Assembly: GCA_964016885.1 (NCBI GenBank)
Contig: OZ024742.1
Span: 264,864,001 to 264,928,000, forward strand
Reading direction: 5' to 3'
Source of the DNA: Eledone cirrhosa
Taxonomy: Eukaryota
DNA length: 64,000 nucleotides
The notes under the pieces were generated by a model, which was not told the DNA's origin, did no database searches, and was given only the letters and a program-made list of their open reading frames with translations. Made by a program: the position numbers and the translations under genes. How positions within the stretch are numbered: the first letter of the stretch is position 1; each line of letters begins with the position of its first letter. Positions 27,284-41,103 of the stretch are shown piece after piece.

Positions 27284-28790
27284 TTCACACACACACATAC
27301 CAATCTATGCATATATTTACACATACACACACACGCACGCACACACACACACAAATACATACACTCACAAAACTAAGCATATGTGACACACATGCACACA
27401 CACGCACGCACACGCACACACACACACACACGCACACACACACACACATATTTATGCATTTGTTGACACATTCACTCACATACAAATCTATGCATATGTT
27501 CTCACACACACACACACATACAAACCTTTGCATATGTTTACACACACACATACAAATCTATGCATATGTTCACACACACACACACACACACATACAAACC
27601 TTTGCATATGTTTACACACACACATACAAATCTATGCATATGTTCACACACACACACACACATACAAACCTATGCATATGTTTACACACACACATACAAA
27701 TCTATGCATATGTTCTCACACACACACACACATACAAACCTATGCATATGTTTACACACACACATACAAATCTATGCATATGTTTACACACACACATACA
27801 AATCTATGCATATGTTCACACACACACACACACATACAAACCTATGCATATGTTTACACACATACAAATCTATGCATATGTTCTCACACACACACACACA
27901 TACAAACCTATGCATATGTTTACACACACACATACAAATCTATGCATATGTTCACACACATACACATACACATCTATGCATATGTTCACACATACACACA
28001 CACACACATACAAATTTAGGCATATGTTCACACACACACACAAATCTATGCATATGTTCACATACACTCACACATACAAACCTATGCATATGTTCACACA
28101 TACACACACACATACAAATCTATGCATATGTTCACACACACACATACACATCTATGCATATGTTCACACATATACACACACATACAAATTTAGGCATATG
28201 TTCACACACACACACATATACAAATTTATGCATATGTTCACACATACACATACAAATCTATGCATATGTTCACATAAATACATACACAAATCTATGCATA
28301 TGTTCACATAAATACATACACAAATCTATGCATATGTTCACATAAATACATACACAAATCTATGCATATGTTGATACACTCACAAATCTATGCGTATGTT
28401 GATGCACACATACACACAGACACAGAAATCTAAGCATTTGTTGACATACATAGTCACATACACAAATCTATACATATGTTGACATACACATACACAAATT
28501 TATACATATGTTGATACACACATACATAAATATATACATATGCTGACATACACATACACAAATTTATACATATATTGATACACACATACATAAATCTATA
28601 CATATGTTGATACACACATACACAAATCTATACATATGTTGATACACACATTCACAAATCTATACATATGTTCACATACATATACATAAATCTATACATA
28701 TGTTGACATACACATACACAAATCTATACATATGTTGACATACACATACACAAATCTATACATATGTTGACATACACATACACAGACCTA
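27284..28790 (+). repeat. Compound minisatellite, unit CAAATCTAT(G/A)CATATGTT + variable (CA)n spacer, ~28-36 bp
   Basis: Dozens of visible tandem units, drifting from ATGCATATGTTCA to ATACATATGTTGA from left to right. Confidence 0.95.
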
Positions 28791-29699
28791 TACATATATT
28801 GACATACATATACAAAATGTCATTCTCAATCGTATTAATTTACTGCAAGACATATACATATGCACACACACACGCAAACACAAACTCATACTATTTACTG
28901 CCAGACGTACACATATGTATACACATAGATTGAGACAATATATTCTCATACATGCTGCAAGACAAACACACATACACACAGTTTTATACATAACTCCAGT
29001 AATACACATATGCATACACATAGATGTATACAATATACACTCATACATCATACTAGACATACACAAATTCACACATACAGATGTACTCATATGCATACAC
29101 ACATTTTAATATATGATGTTAGAAATACACATATACATATACACTGATGTATACATATAGACTCATGCACATACATACTGCAAGAAATATACAGTGCCCC
29201 AGCATGACTGTAGTTAAATCACTGAATATCCACACATACAGATATGTACACATACATGCACACACATTCACCAGCCAACCACTGTTGTCACCCAATACAC
29301 AATTGCAGTTTATTGATTTACGCTACTCTAAGCTGCACTATTGTAAATATAAACCTGAAATGAATGGACTCTCACCTTTTGCTAAGCTGGGATTTAGCTC
29401 ATGACCCTTGCAGTCTCTTAATCCATTCACTTTTACATCATATCATAGTTTTACAACTGATTATCTATATAGCTCTGTATATGTATGTGTGTATGTCCAC
29501 ATGCAACCTTAAACAAGTGTAGTGATTGGTGGAACTCTTTTGCCTCTGTAACAAAGCTGTGCAGAGTTACAGGCTTTTTCTGTTCTTTATGTACATGTTC
29601 TTAGATACAGCATGGCTGAATGGTTAAGAAGTTTGCTTTGCAATCATTAACGTCCTAGGTTCAATCTCATTGTGTGGCACTTTGGCATGTGTTAGAAAT

Positions 29700-32496
29700 G
29701 ATGCTGGGCAAAACTGATGCTCTAGAAAGGAGCAAGTATAGAGGAATAAAACTAATGGACATAGTTATGAAAGTGACAGAAAGAGTTATAGTGCAGCTAA
29801 TTAGGGAAAGAGTCAAAATAGATGAGATGTAGTTTTGTTTGATGCCTGGAAAAAGTACTACAGAGGTCCTCTTCTTAGTGAGTAACTACAAGAGTTCCTA
29901 GACAAAAACAAGCCACTGTATTTAGCTTTTGTTGATCCAGAAAAGGCCTTTGACAGAGTAACTTGATATATTATCTGGTGTTATTTAAGGAAATAATGTG
30001 TAGAAGAATGGCTTGTGAGAGCAATGCCAGCTAATATACAGAAGAGCTGTCTGTAAAGTGAGAGTAGGAAATGAGTTTAGTGAGGAATTCAAGGTACTGG
30101 TAGGAGTACATCAAGGTTCAATTCTTAGCCTACTGCTGTTCATCATTGTTATTCAGGCGATAACAGAGGATTTTTTTAAACGGGCTCTCTATTAAGATGA
30201 TTTGGTTTTTATAGCTGAAACCAAAAATGAACTAGAAAATAAATTCCGAATATGGAAACTCAATTTGGTATCAAAAGGTCTGAGATTAAACTTAGTCAAA
30301 ACTAAAGTGCTAGTGAGTAGGAGAGAAGGTAAGACCCAGATTCCCCCATGGAAGAGGCCTTGCTCAATATGTATAAAAGGAGTAGGCATAAACTCCATAC
30401 AATGTACAAAGTTTAAATCTAGGGTACACAAAATATGTAGTGGGATAATGAGTAGATGAACAGGAGGGGAGAACTTTGCATATAGAAGATGCACATGAGT
30501 AAGTGAGAGGAAGAGTGCCAATGATATAAACATTTTCCAGTTACAGGAAGGAGACGTAGAAGTGCTTGATAGCTTCTGCTATCTTGGTAACTTAGGTAGC
30601 AGTGGAGGAGGGTGCACTGAGAGTATCATCATCATCATCAGGTTTAGCGTCCGTGTTCCACGCTTGCATGGGTTTGGACGGGGGTTTTCCCACTTGAGGC
30701 AAGAGTGGTTGTCTTGCTCGCATAGGACTGTCTGGCGGGTTTTCTACAGTTGGATGCCCTTCCTAACACCAACCACATTTACAGTGTGGGGCTGGGAGGT
30801 TTTTACCGTGTTGCCTACACGGCCACATTACAGCGTGGACTGTCTGGCGGGTTTTCTACAGCTGGATGCCCTTCCTAACACCAACCACATTTACAGTGTG
30901 GGGCTGGGAGGTTTTTACCGTGTTGCCTACACGGCCACATTTACAGCGTGGACTGTGTGTTTTTTGTCGTGACACCTACACGATCTCATTTGTTTCGGCC
31001 TGGATGTTGTGGGACCAACATAACTTTACATTGAAAGGGGCGGTGTGGGTGGGGTGGAGGTGGTGGGACGGGGGTGTGTTTTGATAGAGATGCCTACTGA
31101 CTGTAGTAGGTTTTTACTTTGTATTTAGGTAAGGCGGGTCTTCTCTATTACTGAGTACCGCCAAAGTTCTCGGTCCAGTGACATTGTCTTGGAGAGGTGT
31201 AAGCGTGTGAGGTCGGAATTTATCAGCTCGTCCCATGTTTTTCTGGGTCTGCCTACTCCGTGGCTACCGTCTATCTTTATTGCCCTGCACTTTGTTATAC
31301 AGCTGTCGTCTTTCATGCGCATCACGTGACCGTACCAACGTAGCCTTCTCTCGAGTAAACAACATCTGATCCCTCTTATTTCTAATTTTTTCCTTAGTTC
31401 GTTTATGCTTTGCCGTTCACGTATATTACTATTGCACAACCAGCGGAGCATGCAAGCTTCGTTCCTCTCTAGTCTGCGTATATCCTCTGCACACAATGCC
31501 CAGGTCTCACTGCCATGCAGCATTGCTGTTCGTATGCAGGCATTGTATAACCTGCCTTTCATTTTTAGGGAGAACCCTCTAGCGGCTAATAGTGGTATAA
31601 GCTCTCTGAACTTTTTCCATCCAGTTCTGACTCTAGCTACTGTACTTTCAGACCACCCTCCCCCACTGCTGATTTTGCCACCCAGATAACGGAAGCTGTC
31701 CACTATTTCTATAGAACCCTCTGCGCAGTTGAAGGAGCTAGTATTTTGTGGGCACTTGCTGCTACTTATTGCACCAGAGCACCGGCCACATGTAAAATCT
31801 ATGTTCTTAGTTAGCTTACCTGTGATCCCACTACATCTTTTAAGCACCCATACTTTGCATTTGGGACATAAAATGGAGTTTCTACCTACGCCTTTCCTAC
31901 ACACTGAGCATGGCCATTTCCCAGATGGGACCGCCGCCTAGTATAATAGCTAGAATAAGGATAGGATGGAAGAGGTTAGGAAAACTACTCTCACTATTGA
32001 CTATAAAAGGTTTCTCCCTACATACAAAAGGGTGATACATACAAAAGTATGATACTTATATGTGGAGTGTGATGCTGCATGGTAGGGAAACATGGGCAAT
32101 GACTGCTGATGACATGCATAGAGTGAAGAGAAAAGAAACAACCATGCTCTATTGGATATGCAATGTAAATGTGAGAGAAAGGTAGAGCTTGGACAAGCTG
32201 AAGGAGAAGCTTGGTTTAAGAGGAATCTGAGGTGGTGGGCAAGAGAGAAAACTGCATTGGCATGGACATGTGTTGCACATGGATGATGACCGATGGGTAA
32301 AGAAATGCCAGGAAATGCCAATGGCTGGAAGCTGCAGTAGAGGGCGACAAAGAATGACCAGGGCAGAGGTTGTGAGAGCTGACCTCAAATTGCTAAGACT
32401 GGCAGAGATGTTGAAGGAACATGAGAAGAGGAGAGATGCCATGGTGAGCAGGATCTGTCCAACCCATGCAAATGAGGGAAAATGGATGTAATAACA

Positions 32497-32533
<37 letters not shown>
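29700..32533 (+). mobile_element. Old RTE copy interrupted at ~30625-31938 by a younger RTE
   Basis: ...DSFCYLGNLGSSGGGCTES stops at the insertion and resumes as SIIARIRIGWKR after 31938; ends in (GAT)n then (TA)n. Confidence 0.85.
30625..31938 (-). mobile_element. Young 5'-truncated RTE copy (subfamily 2)
   Basis: Open ORF 31125..31904 (PHD-like finger + RT thumb), near-identical to the copies at 43065 and 48548. ~111 bp tandem duplication in the 3' UTR (30726-30950). Confidence 0.92.
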
Positions 32534-32584
<51 letters not shown>

Positions 32585-32639
32585 CGTTTCTGAATTTGTT
32601 TAGCAAGATTCTTTATCTGAAATCGTGTGTTGAAACCGA

Positions 32640-33436
32640 TATTGTTATACTTTGGGAGGGTCATGTTGCCAATAAGAAACACACGCACCAGTTGCTTTCA
32701 CTTCAATTTATTATAAATTTACAAATCTACAAATTTATAAATTTCTGGTTGGTTGGTTGGTTCCACAACCAGATAGTTGTTTATATATAGTCATAGTCCT
32801 TTCGTCACACACTCTGTGACCTCTTCAGTGACTGGGGATTCCTTTCTTTGTTTCTGTGCCTTTCCTTTCTTCTGTCCTACGCCATTTTGTTTCTGTGTGT
32901 GTGTTGTGTGCTCAGTTTGCGCATGCGCCACATCCGGGTGTCTGTGTGTGTTTGTGTTCATTTATCTATTTGTTTATTTATTTACATGTTGTTGGTTGGT
33001 TGTTTGTTCTATGTGTGTGTGTGTTTTCATTTTGTCCTTAATTATAAGTTGTGATGTTGCTGTTCCACTCATATTTTCTATTTAATTTTGGTTGTAATTC
33101 TTTTATGTTTACTGCCTCTGTAATTTGTCTAAACATTGCATCTTTTCTGTGTGTAGATTCTATTTTTATTTCTATGTTCTCTAATTTACCCTTGTGTTCT
33201 ATCTTAGCATGTTGGTAGAGTACAGATGATTCTTTATTATCTTGAAGGTGTGTGACGAAAGGACTATGACTATATATAAACAACTATCTGGTTGTGGAAC
33301 CAACCAACCAACCAGAAATTTATAAATTTGTAGATTTGTAAATTTATAAATTTATAAATATATAATAAATTGAAGTGAAAGCAACTGGTGCGTGTGTTTC
33401 TTATTGGCAACATGACCCTCCCAAAGTATAACAATA
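32640..33436 (-). mobile_element. Penelope-like element relic: GIY-YIG C-terminus with ~170 bp inverted pseudo-LTR copies
   Basis: ESSVLYQHAKIEH...FRQITEAVNIKELQPKLNRKYEW. 32640-32810 is the reverse complement of 33248-33436. Hammerhead-like motif at 32789-32833. Confidence 0.75.
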
Positions 33437-33450
33437 TATATATATATATA

Positions 33451-33833
33451 TATATTAATAAAAGGAATTCCAACTTTGTCTGATTTACACGTTTTATTTA
33501 CAATCCTTTAAAATGTATTAGAATGAAATAGTATGGTAGAATATTAAATATTAAGTGTTAATTGAACAAGTACTTTCATGCTTTCGCAATCTTCAGGTTC
33601 ATATTCTGAGGTGACAGTCAAGTTTGCAATTTTCAACTGTTTAAAATTGCAAACTTGACTGTCACCACAGAATATGAACCAGAAGATTGTGAAAGCATGA
33701 AAGTACTTGTTCAATTAACACTTAACATTTAATATTCTACCATACTATTTCATTCTAATACCATTATAAATTTTAAAGGATTGTAAATAAAACGAGTAAA
33801 TCAGACAAAGTTGGAATTCCTTTTATTAATATA
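33451..33833. repeat. ~380 bp near-perfect palindrome (inverted Penelope-like termini) with a hammerhead motif in each arm
   Basis: Arms pair from TATATTAATAAAAGGAATTCC to GGAATTCCTTTTATTAATATA around a centre at ~33637. Confidence 0.9.
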
Positions 33834-34472
33834 ATCTTCTATACACAATCATACACACCCGTGTATATTTATCTCTCTATATATATATATGTATATAAAT
33901 GGCAAGGTTTATAGAAAAAAACCAATTCCTTGATTATACAACTCCATATAAGGATGATCCAGTCCTCAAGTTTCCCTTGATCTCTACTCTCTTGTCATAC
34001 TGACCACTGCTGTATTTATTCTTACTTATACTGAAATTATTTTATTCCATATTTTCTCTAATCATTATCAAACACATATCCAGTAAATTACGATGACTTT
34101 GATCTACCAATGTATCTATCTGTCTTTTGACAGTTAGTGGAATTTGTTGTTGTTGTCATTCTTGTTGGAAGCTAGAAACATTAGTAAATATTCATAAATA
34201 GATAGCTATTAATAGACAGACAAACAGACAAACAGACAGGCAGATACATAGGTAGTTATAGATAGCTGTTGTGATACTGCTGAATATCTACACACACACA
34301 CACATTCACACACACACACACACACACACACATACATATATATTGTTTGCTCACATGATATGGGTGGATATATGTCAGCACTGTGCGAAAAAAAGGGAGG
34401 GAGGAAAATGCAAACATTACCATTTCCCAGACTTGGAAATAGCTGTTATATAATCATGTGTTTTATTATAAT

Positions 34473-34594
34473 TGTTTCTACTTTTGGCACAAGGCCAGCA
34501 ATTACCCAGTACATTACTGGTACCTTATTTTATCGATCCCGTAAGGATGAAAGGCAAAGTTAACCTCGGTGGGATTTGAACTCAGATCGTAAAG
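34473..34594 (-). mobile_element. 5'-truncated SINE family A with 15 bp TSD
   Basis: GTGTTTTATTATAAT at 34458-34472 and 34595-34609. Confidence 0.88.
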
Positions 34595-34629
34595 GTGTTT
34601 TATTATAATGATATATATATATATACACA

Positions 34630-37600
34630 CACCCCTGCAAAAATCGACCCTTCCCTACGAGTGTCGACAAATGCCCAAAACTCCGAGTTGGTACCATCAA
34701 TGTAAGCACAATGAAAGGAAGAGCAGGAGAAATCGTAGAAATGCTAGAGCGAAAGGAAATTGATGTATGCTGTGTGCAAGAAACTAGATGGAGAGGAGAG
34801 TCTGCTAGAATCCTTGTAGGAAAAAGTCAGTGCTACAAATTTTTCTGGGTGGGAAATGACGATGGGATGGGTGGTGTAGGTATACCACTAGCTGACAAGT
34901 GGGTAGATAAAGTAATCTCAGAGTACAGGGTAAATGCAAGAATCATTAAACTCAGACTAGTCCTGAATAAAACAATTACCACAATAATATCAGCTTACGC
35001 ACCCCAATCGGGGTTGCCAGACGAACTTAAGGATAGATTTTACGAGTCCCTAATGCACACTACTGCTCTAACAAACGACAATGACTTCCAAATCATCACA
35101 GGAGATTTTAACGGACACGTAGGTAAACACTGTGATGGCTTCAATAGAGTCCATGGAGGACATGGGGTTGGCACAAGAAATGAAGAAGGATTCAGACTTC
35201 TAGAATTCTGCGACGCCAAGGACATGTTGATATGTAACACAAACTTCAAAAAACCCGACAACCACCTGATCACCTATAGATCAGGGGAGCATTCTAGTCA
35301 GATAGATTTTATCCTCATCAGAGGACGTGACAGATGGACGGTCGTAAACACAAAAGCCTTGCCTAGTGAAGAATGTACCTCCTAACATAGCTTAGTTGTC
35401 AGCGACCTCACGGTCAGAACTAGACGAACCTGGAAACAGAGGCCAACTTGGAGAAGAAAGATCTGGAAGCTGAAAGACCCCTCAGCCAGTAACAGATTTA
35501 AAGATATTTTACTCAACGCCTACGACAGTAGAGAAGAACAGATAGAGTCATTCAATGTAGAAGAGCACTGGGAGTTCCTAAAAGATAACTTACTAGAGGC
35601 GACGGATGAGGTCTGTGGCTGAAGTAAGACCACAAGCAGGAGGAGAGTGACTTGGTGGTGGAACAATAAGGTAGATGAGGCAGTTAAGGCCAAGAGACAG
35701 GCATGGAAAGAATGGAAGAACGGGGGAGCAGGGTACAATTACATAGAGACCAAGAGGGAAGCTAGGAGACAAGTATACTTAGCTAGGAGGGAAGCAGAGG
35801 ATAGAAAATTCAAGCATGTTTTACAACATGAGGACCAGAAACAGGAGGTGTTCAAGATTCCGAGGCAGTGTGTCAGAGAGAATTGTGATGTCATTGGAGA
35901 GAAGTGTATCCGGAATGATAAAGGTGAGCTTGCACTCACAAGTGCTGAGAAGAAAGATGCATGGAGGACTCATTATGATAGATTACTAAATGAGGAGAAT
36001 GCATGGGAAGAAGAGACCCTACCCCAAGTAGACCCTATAGAGGGGCCAGCAGTACAAGTCAGCAGGAGCGTAGTAAGTAAGGCAATCAAAGATATGACGA
36101 TGGGGAAGGCAAACGGTCCATCAGGTATAGCTGCCGAGATGCTGAAGGCATCTGGGTCTGTAGGTCACACTATAACCACACGTATTGTTAAGCAGGTAAT
36201 ACTATAAGGTGTCATACCAAAAGATTGGTGCAGTAGCATCATTGTCAACTGCTACAAAGGTAAAGATGATGCACTAGATAGAGGAAACTATAGAGGTATA
36301 AAGCTGATGGACCAGGTCATGAAAGTAACAGAAAGAGTTATAGCACAGTTGATTAGGGACCGGGTGAAACTAGATGAGATACAATTTGGGTTTGTACCAG
36401 GAAGAGGCACCACTGATGCCCTCTTCCTTGTGAGGCTGTTACAGGAAAAGTACCTAGCTAAAAGTAAGCCACTCTACCTGGCATTCATCAATCTCAAGAA
36501 AGCCTTTGACAGAGTTCCACGTGCTGTAATCTGGTGGGCTCTTAGAAAACTAGGAGTAGATGAATGGCTTGTGAAAGCTGTACAAGCCATGTATAGGGGA
36601 GCAGTCAGCAAAGTTAGGATTAGCAATGAGTATAGCGAAAAATTTAGCTTACAGGTTGGTGTCCACCAAGGCTCTGTTCTTAGCCCTCTCCTGTTCATTA
36701 TAGTCCTGCAGGCAATAACGGAGGAGTTTAAGACCGGATGCCCATGGGAACGCCTGTATGCTGATGACCTCGCACATATAGCTAAATCTATGGTAGAACT
36801 AGAGAAGAAATTCCAAACTTGGAAGCAGGGACTAGAAAGAAAGGGTCTCAAAGTCAACATGACAAAGACTAAGGTCCTTGTAAGTAGACGAGAAAACAGA
36901 ACCCAGATCCCCTCAGGGAAATGGCCTTGCTCAGTATGTAGGAAAGGTGTAGGTAGGAACTCAATTCTCTGCTCCAAATGCAAACAATGGGTACACAAGA
37001 GATGTAGCGGGATCTCAGGAAGCTTAATTAAGAATGTAGGCTTCACATGCAGCAGCTGTACTGGGACAGCAAGCAGCAAACAGCCACAGGAAACAAGTAC
37101 CACCAATCTCTGGGAGGGCTCTGTAGAGACAGTAGACAGCTTCTGCTACCTAGGTGACCGAATTAGCAGCGGAGGTGGGTGTTCAGAAAGTACAATAACT
37201 AGGGTAAGAACGGGATGGAAGAAGTTCAGGGAACTACTGCCACTGCTAGCTGCAAAAGGCTTCTCCCTCAGAATGAAAGGCAGACTGTATGATGCGTGTA
37301 TCCGAACAGTGATGTTGCATGGTAGTGAGACCTGGGCGCTGAAGGTGGAAGACTTACGTAGATTAGAGAGAAACGAAGCCTGCATGCTCCGATGGATGTG
37401 TAATAGTAATATACGCGACCGACAAAGCATAAATGAATTGAGAGAGAGACTGAGCATAAGAGGAATCAAATGCTGTGTGCAGGAGAGCTGGTTGCGTTGG
37501 TATGGACATGTGATGCATATGAAGGATGACAGCTGCATAAAAAGGTGCAGAGCACTAGAAGTCGATGGAAACCGCGGAGTAGGGAGACCCAAGATGACCT

Positions 37601-38022
37601 GGGATGAGGTGATAAAAGCCGACCTTACCCAATTACACCTCTCCAAGGCGATGACACATGTACCGTGACCTCTGGCGAGACGCAGTAATACAGAGTACCC
37701 GACCTCCCATGGGTACAAGCTGAAGCATATAGACAATATGCCCCCACACCCTCCCACTGCAAGGTGGTCGTGGAGGTGCCACGGCAAAAAAGCACCCAGC
37801 CCACACTGTAAAGTGGACGTGTAGGCGCCACGAAAAAGCACCCAGCACTCACTGTAAATGAGGTTGGTGTTAGGAAGAGCATCCAGCTGTAGAAATCAAG
37901 CCAAATCAGTTCCTGCATGAGCAAGGCATGGTCAGCCGACCAGACACTGCCCACAACAGGACAACCCGTCTAACCCATGCTAGCGTGGAAGAACGGACGT
38001 AAAACGGTGATGATGATGATGA
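34630..38022 (+). mobile_element. RTE-clade LINE with near-complete ORF (APE endonuclease, RT, embedded PHD-like finger, thumb); pseudogenised
   Basis: ORF pieces starting at 34711, 35647 and 36307 share one frame, separated by point stops (35383, 35620, 36205). Motifs VQETRW, GDFNGHVG, SQIDFIL, KAFDRVP, GVHQGSVLSP, YADD. (GAT)n tail; TA-rich flanks. Confidence 0.95.
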
Positions 38023-38065
38023 TATATATAAAACGAAAATGATAAAAAAAAAAGGTTTGAAAAAT

Positions 38066-38268
38066 GCACCTGGTATATATATAAAAAGGATCTTTATAAC
38101 ATGTATAAAAAATTCTGGTAAAAAAATCAGTATGCAGGAGTTTCTAACAAAAATACAATTTAAGCTAATAACAAATATTTTGAAGATCCAAAATGGAGAA
38201 AGCAGGCCTTGCTAACACCAATTTTTTATACATGTTATAAAGATCCTTTTTAGATATGTACCAGGTGT
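38066..38268. repeat. ~48 bp inverted repeats enclosing a degenerate hammerhead-like motif
   Basis: GCACCTGGTATAT...TATAAAAAATT pairs with AATTTTTTATAC...TACCAGGTGT. Internal TTGAAGA TCC-AAAAT-GGA GAAA GCA-GGCCT-TGC TA. Confidence 0.7.
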
Positions 38269-39139
38269 GCTTTTCTTATTTAACGTGATCTGTATAGAAC
38301 GTTTTCTAATCTCCACACTTTTTTCCCACTATATATGTGTGTGTGTGTGTGTTTATGTATTGTCATACATACATTTTTCCATGTTAACTAGTTTTATCAG
38401 TTTTGTTTCACGGTATCTTGACATTTGTTACAGTCCTTCATCAATAGGTGCACCCATCTTTAGTTTTGTGTATGTCATGTTTTTAACATGGTTGTTATTG
38501 TTATTGCCCTTTTACCTACCTGGAGGACTCTTTGAACAACTAACAATATCAATTAAACTCTACATAACTAGTTGTCTTAGGCCTACAAAAACCTGTTAGT
38601 GGCACTGCACCTACTGTTCTAACAAGTACAATAAGATTGTTGTAATATATTTATATAGTTAAATATACCTAATACAATGATGTTGAGAAAGTAAAACAAT
38701 AATATTTCTCTTGTTAATTTTATATTCAGATGCCACACCAGTAGAACTAAATGAATATAAAAAACAATGATATGCAAGGATTCATGGCACTGACAATGAT
38801 TCTAAAAGTAGTGTGTCAATGTAAGATGATTTCGCCATATGTATAGCCTAAGAAAATTGTATACAACGAAATACATCTATAATGAAATATATATAATCAT
38901 ATTTGTAGAATAAAAATATAATTTATATCCATCAGCCTCATTTGATTTATGGAAATCAATCAAATTTTTGTAACTGATTATTAGTTTCTCTGGCTCAGGG
39001 TGTGCTGCTGAATATACAGATATGGTGTTGATATTTTCAGAAGTGTTGATCTGAAACAAGCATCTGTGCAAAATCTAAATTCATGCCCTAAGCAGAAAAA
39101 GATTTTTTTTATTAGATTATTTGAATCTGCTAGAGAACA

Positions 39140-40050
39140 GGTCGCAGGTGGTGAATAGTTATACAGCCACCAGATATGATTAGTTGGGATATAAGTAGGC
39201 AGCTGTCAGATGAATAAGCAACTCCAGACCAACAGCGGTAAATTACTAGGAGAGGTGGCGTGAAGGATAACTCCTGTAGCTCCTAAGGAAGCACTTACCT
39301 TTCCAGTGATGTACCTATGATGTAAAGCTTAGTCTTTGCAGGTTTGAGAAATTATGAGATTTGTGGCTGGCACAAATAAGACCACCAACGCTGCAATCTG
39401 ATGAGCAGTTCAAAAATAACCGTAATGCATCGTCCTTCACACAGGTTAACAAAGGACTCATTCAGGCATTAGGTAGAGTGGCCTGTTCAAAAAATATATT
39501 GCAGTCTCCATTTCATGCTGTAAAAACTGGGGTTGGGCCTGCAACATATTCTGGGAAGCATGGGATCAAAGCACAAAGATTGTGTATGCCAAAACCCCAA
39601 AGAGGGTTTAGAAAGAGCTGGAATTAGTATCGGAGGCTAGATGTTACTGGCTAGATATAGTCAAGGTTTCTTCAACAAAGTTCTGTGACTCTGATACTGT
39701 AAATTTGGATGGGGGATGGAAACTCCACTATTCAGATGTGCCACCATGACTGCACAGGAGGGAGTGGGGATACATATAAACCCCTGGCGGTCAGAATGTG
39801 TTATTGAGTGGATCTCATTAGGAGGGTGGATGTGCCTCTTGAAGCTTAAGCTGAAAGATAGGTCTCTGTGGGTGGTGCAAGTTTATGTACTAAACAAAGA
39901 GTCTGAATACAGACCCTTCCCTGATGAAGTCACTGCAGTGTTAGATGTAGTTAAGATTGAGTCATATATCCTGATGGGAGACTTCATTGCACATGTTGGC
40001 ACTGACCACCTGACATGGAAAGGAATAATTGGAAGACATGGTGACCCCTT
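39140..40050 (+). mobile_element. Degenerate LINE 5' region and APE endonuclease of a different RTE-like family
   Basis: VVQVYVLN...YILMGDFIAHVGTD...WKGIIGRHG. Confidence 0.7.
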
Positions 40051-41103
40051 GATTCAATCAGAAGGTCAAAGATGCCATCTGAGCAAAGAAATTGTAAAAA
40101 CTGTATTTGTGAGATTATTCATTATTGGGTGAAAGAAATAATTAATATTTGTTGAAACTTTATTAGTAATAGTTCTTCTATTTGGACTATATTAATCACT
40201 ATTTTAACAACAATTTCCTTCACTAAATTAATTAGTTTTGTTTAAGGTTATCATGAGGTCTTTCTTGTTTTAACACTCTTTAAATATTTATTGTTATTTT
40301 AAACCTGTCCTATAATTGATTGCATTTTGGTGGTATGAGTCAGTATGACAGTGCTCATAGTCTTTTCAGTCCCTCTTTTAAAGCTATTTAAACATGGGCA
40401 TATTGGAGAGAAAACTTCACAGTAATGAATATAATTATTTCAGAATTTGAAAATTTACAGAGAGAATAACTGCAAGAGTATGTTAATGTTAGGGTTTTAA
40501 CAAGATGGAGTTGATTGTCCAGTGAATTTGTGGTTCCTAACAATTGACCTTTAGACACTCTGATAAGCAATCATCCATGAACCTGCCAAGCCATGTATGG
40601 TCAGTCAGGGATGCAAACGTGAATTTCTCCATTCAGTGGAAAGGTCCAACTAAATCCAGGCTATACGGAAATGGAGCAGTGTCCTGTAAGTTGTATATTG
40701 ATGAAAGAGTGAATATCTTGCAGAGGTTATGTAACAATACTTGCCTTGATACGAGAATCGATTTTTTTTCAATCCCCCACAACAGCCTAATTTGAGCTGT
40801 CTCCCTTGTCATCAAATTACTGACATCTGCTGTGCAGAATCCTATGAGCAGTTTTGTATCATGAAACTAGGATGGTTTTGAGTGGGTTGGTATCACTGAC
40901 ATGTTCCACTATGTTAATATCTTACTTAACTAGAAGCAATTCTATTATGACAACTATAATAAACTACTTATTCTACAAAACAATATAGAGTTTTCATATT
41001 TTCCGCATCGCAATATAAATTTGGGTTAAAATTTATCTGACATCCACTTATTTTCTAATCCATAATTTTATTCCTCTTCACCTTCATCTTGTTCTATTGA
41101 CAG

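Noticed and set aside
27480-28400. CRISPR-like repeat-spacer appearance
   Set aside because: The spacers are only (CA)n length variants; eukaryotic intron, no cas genes.
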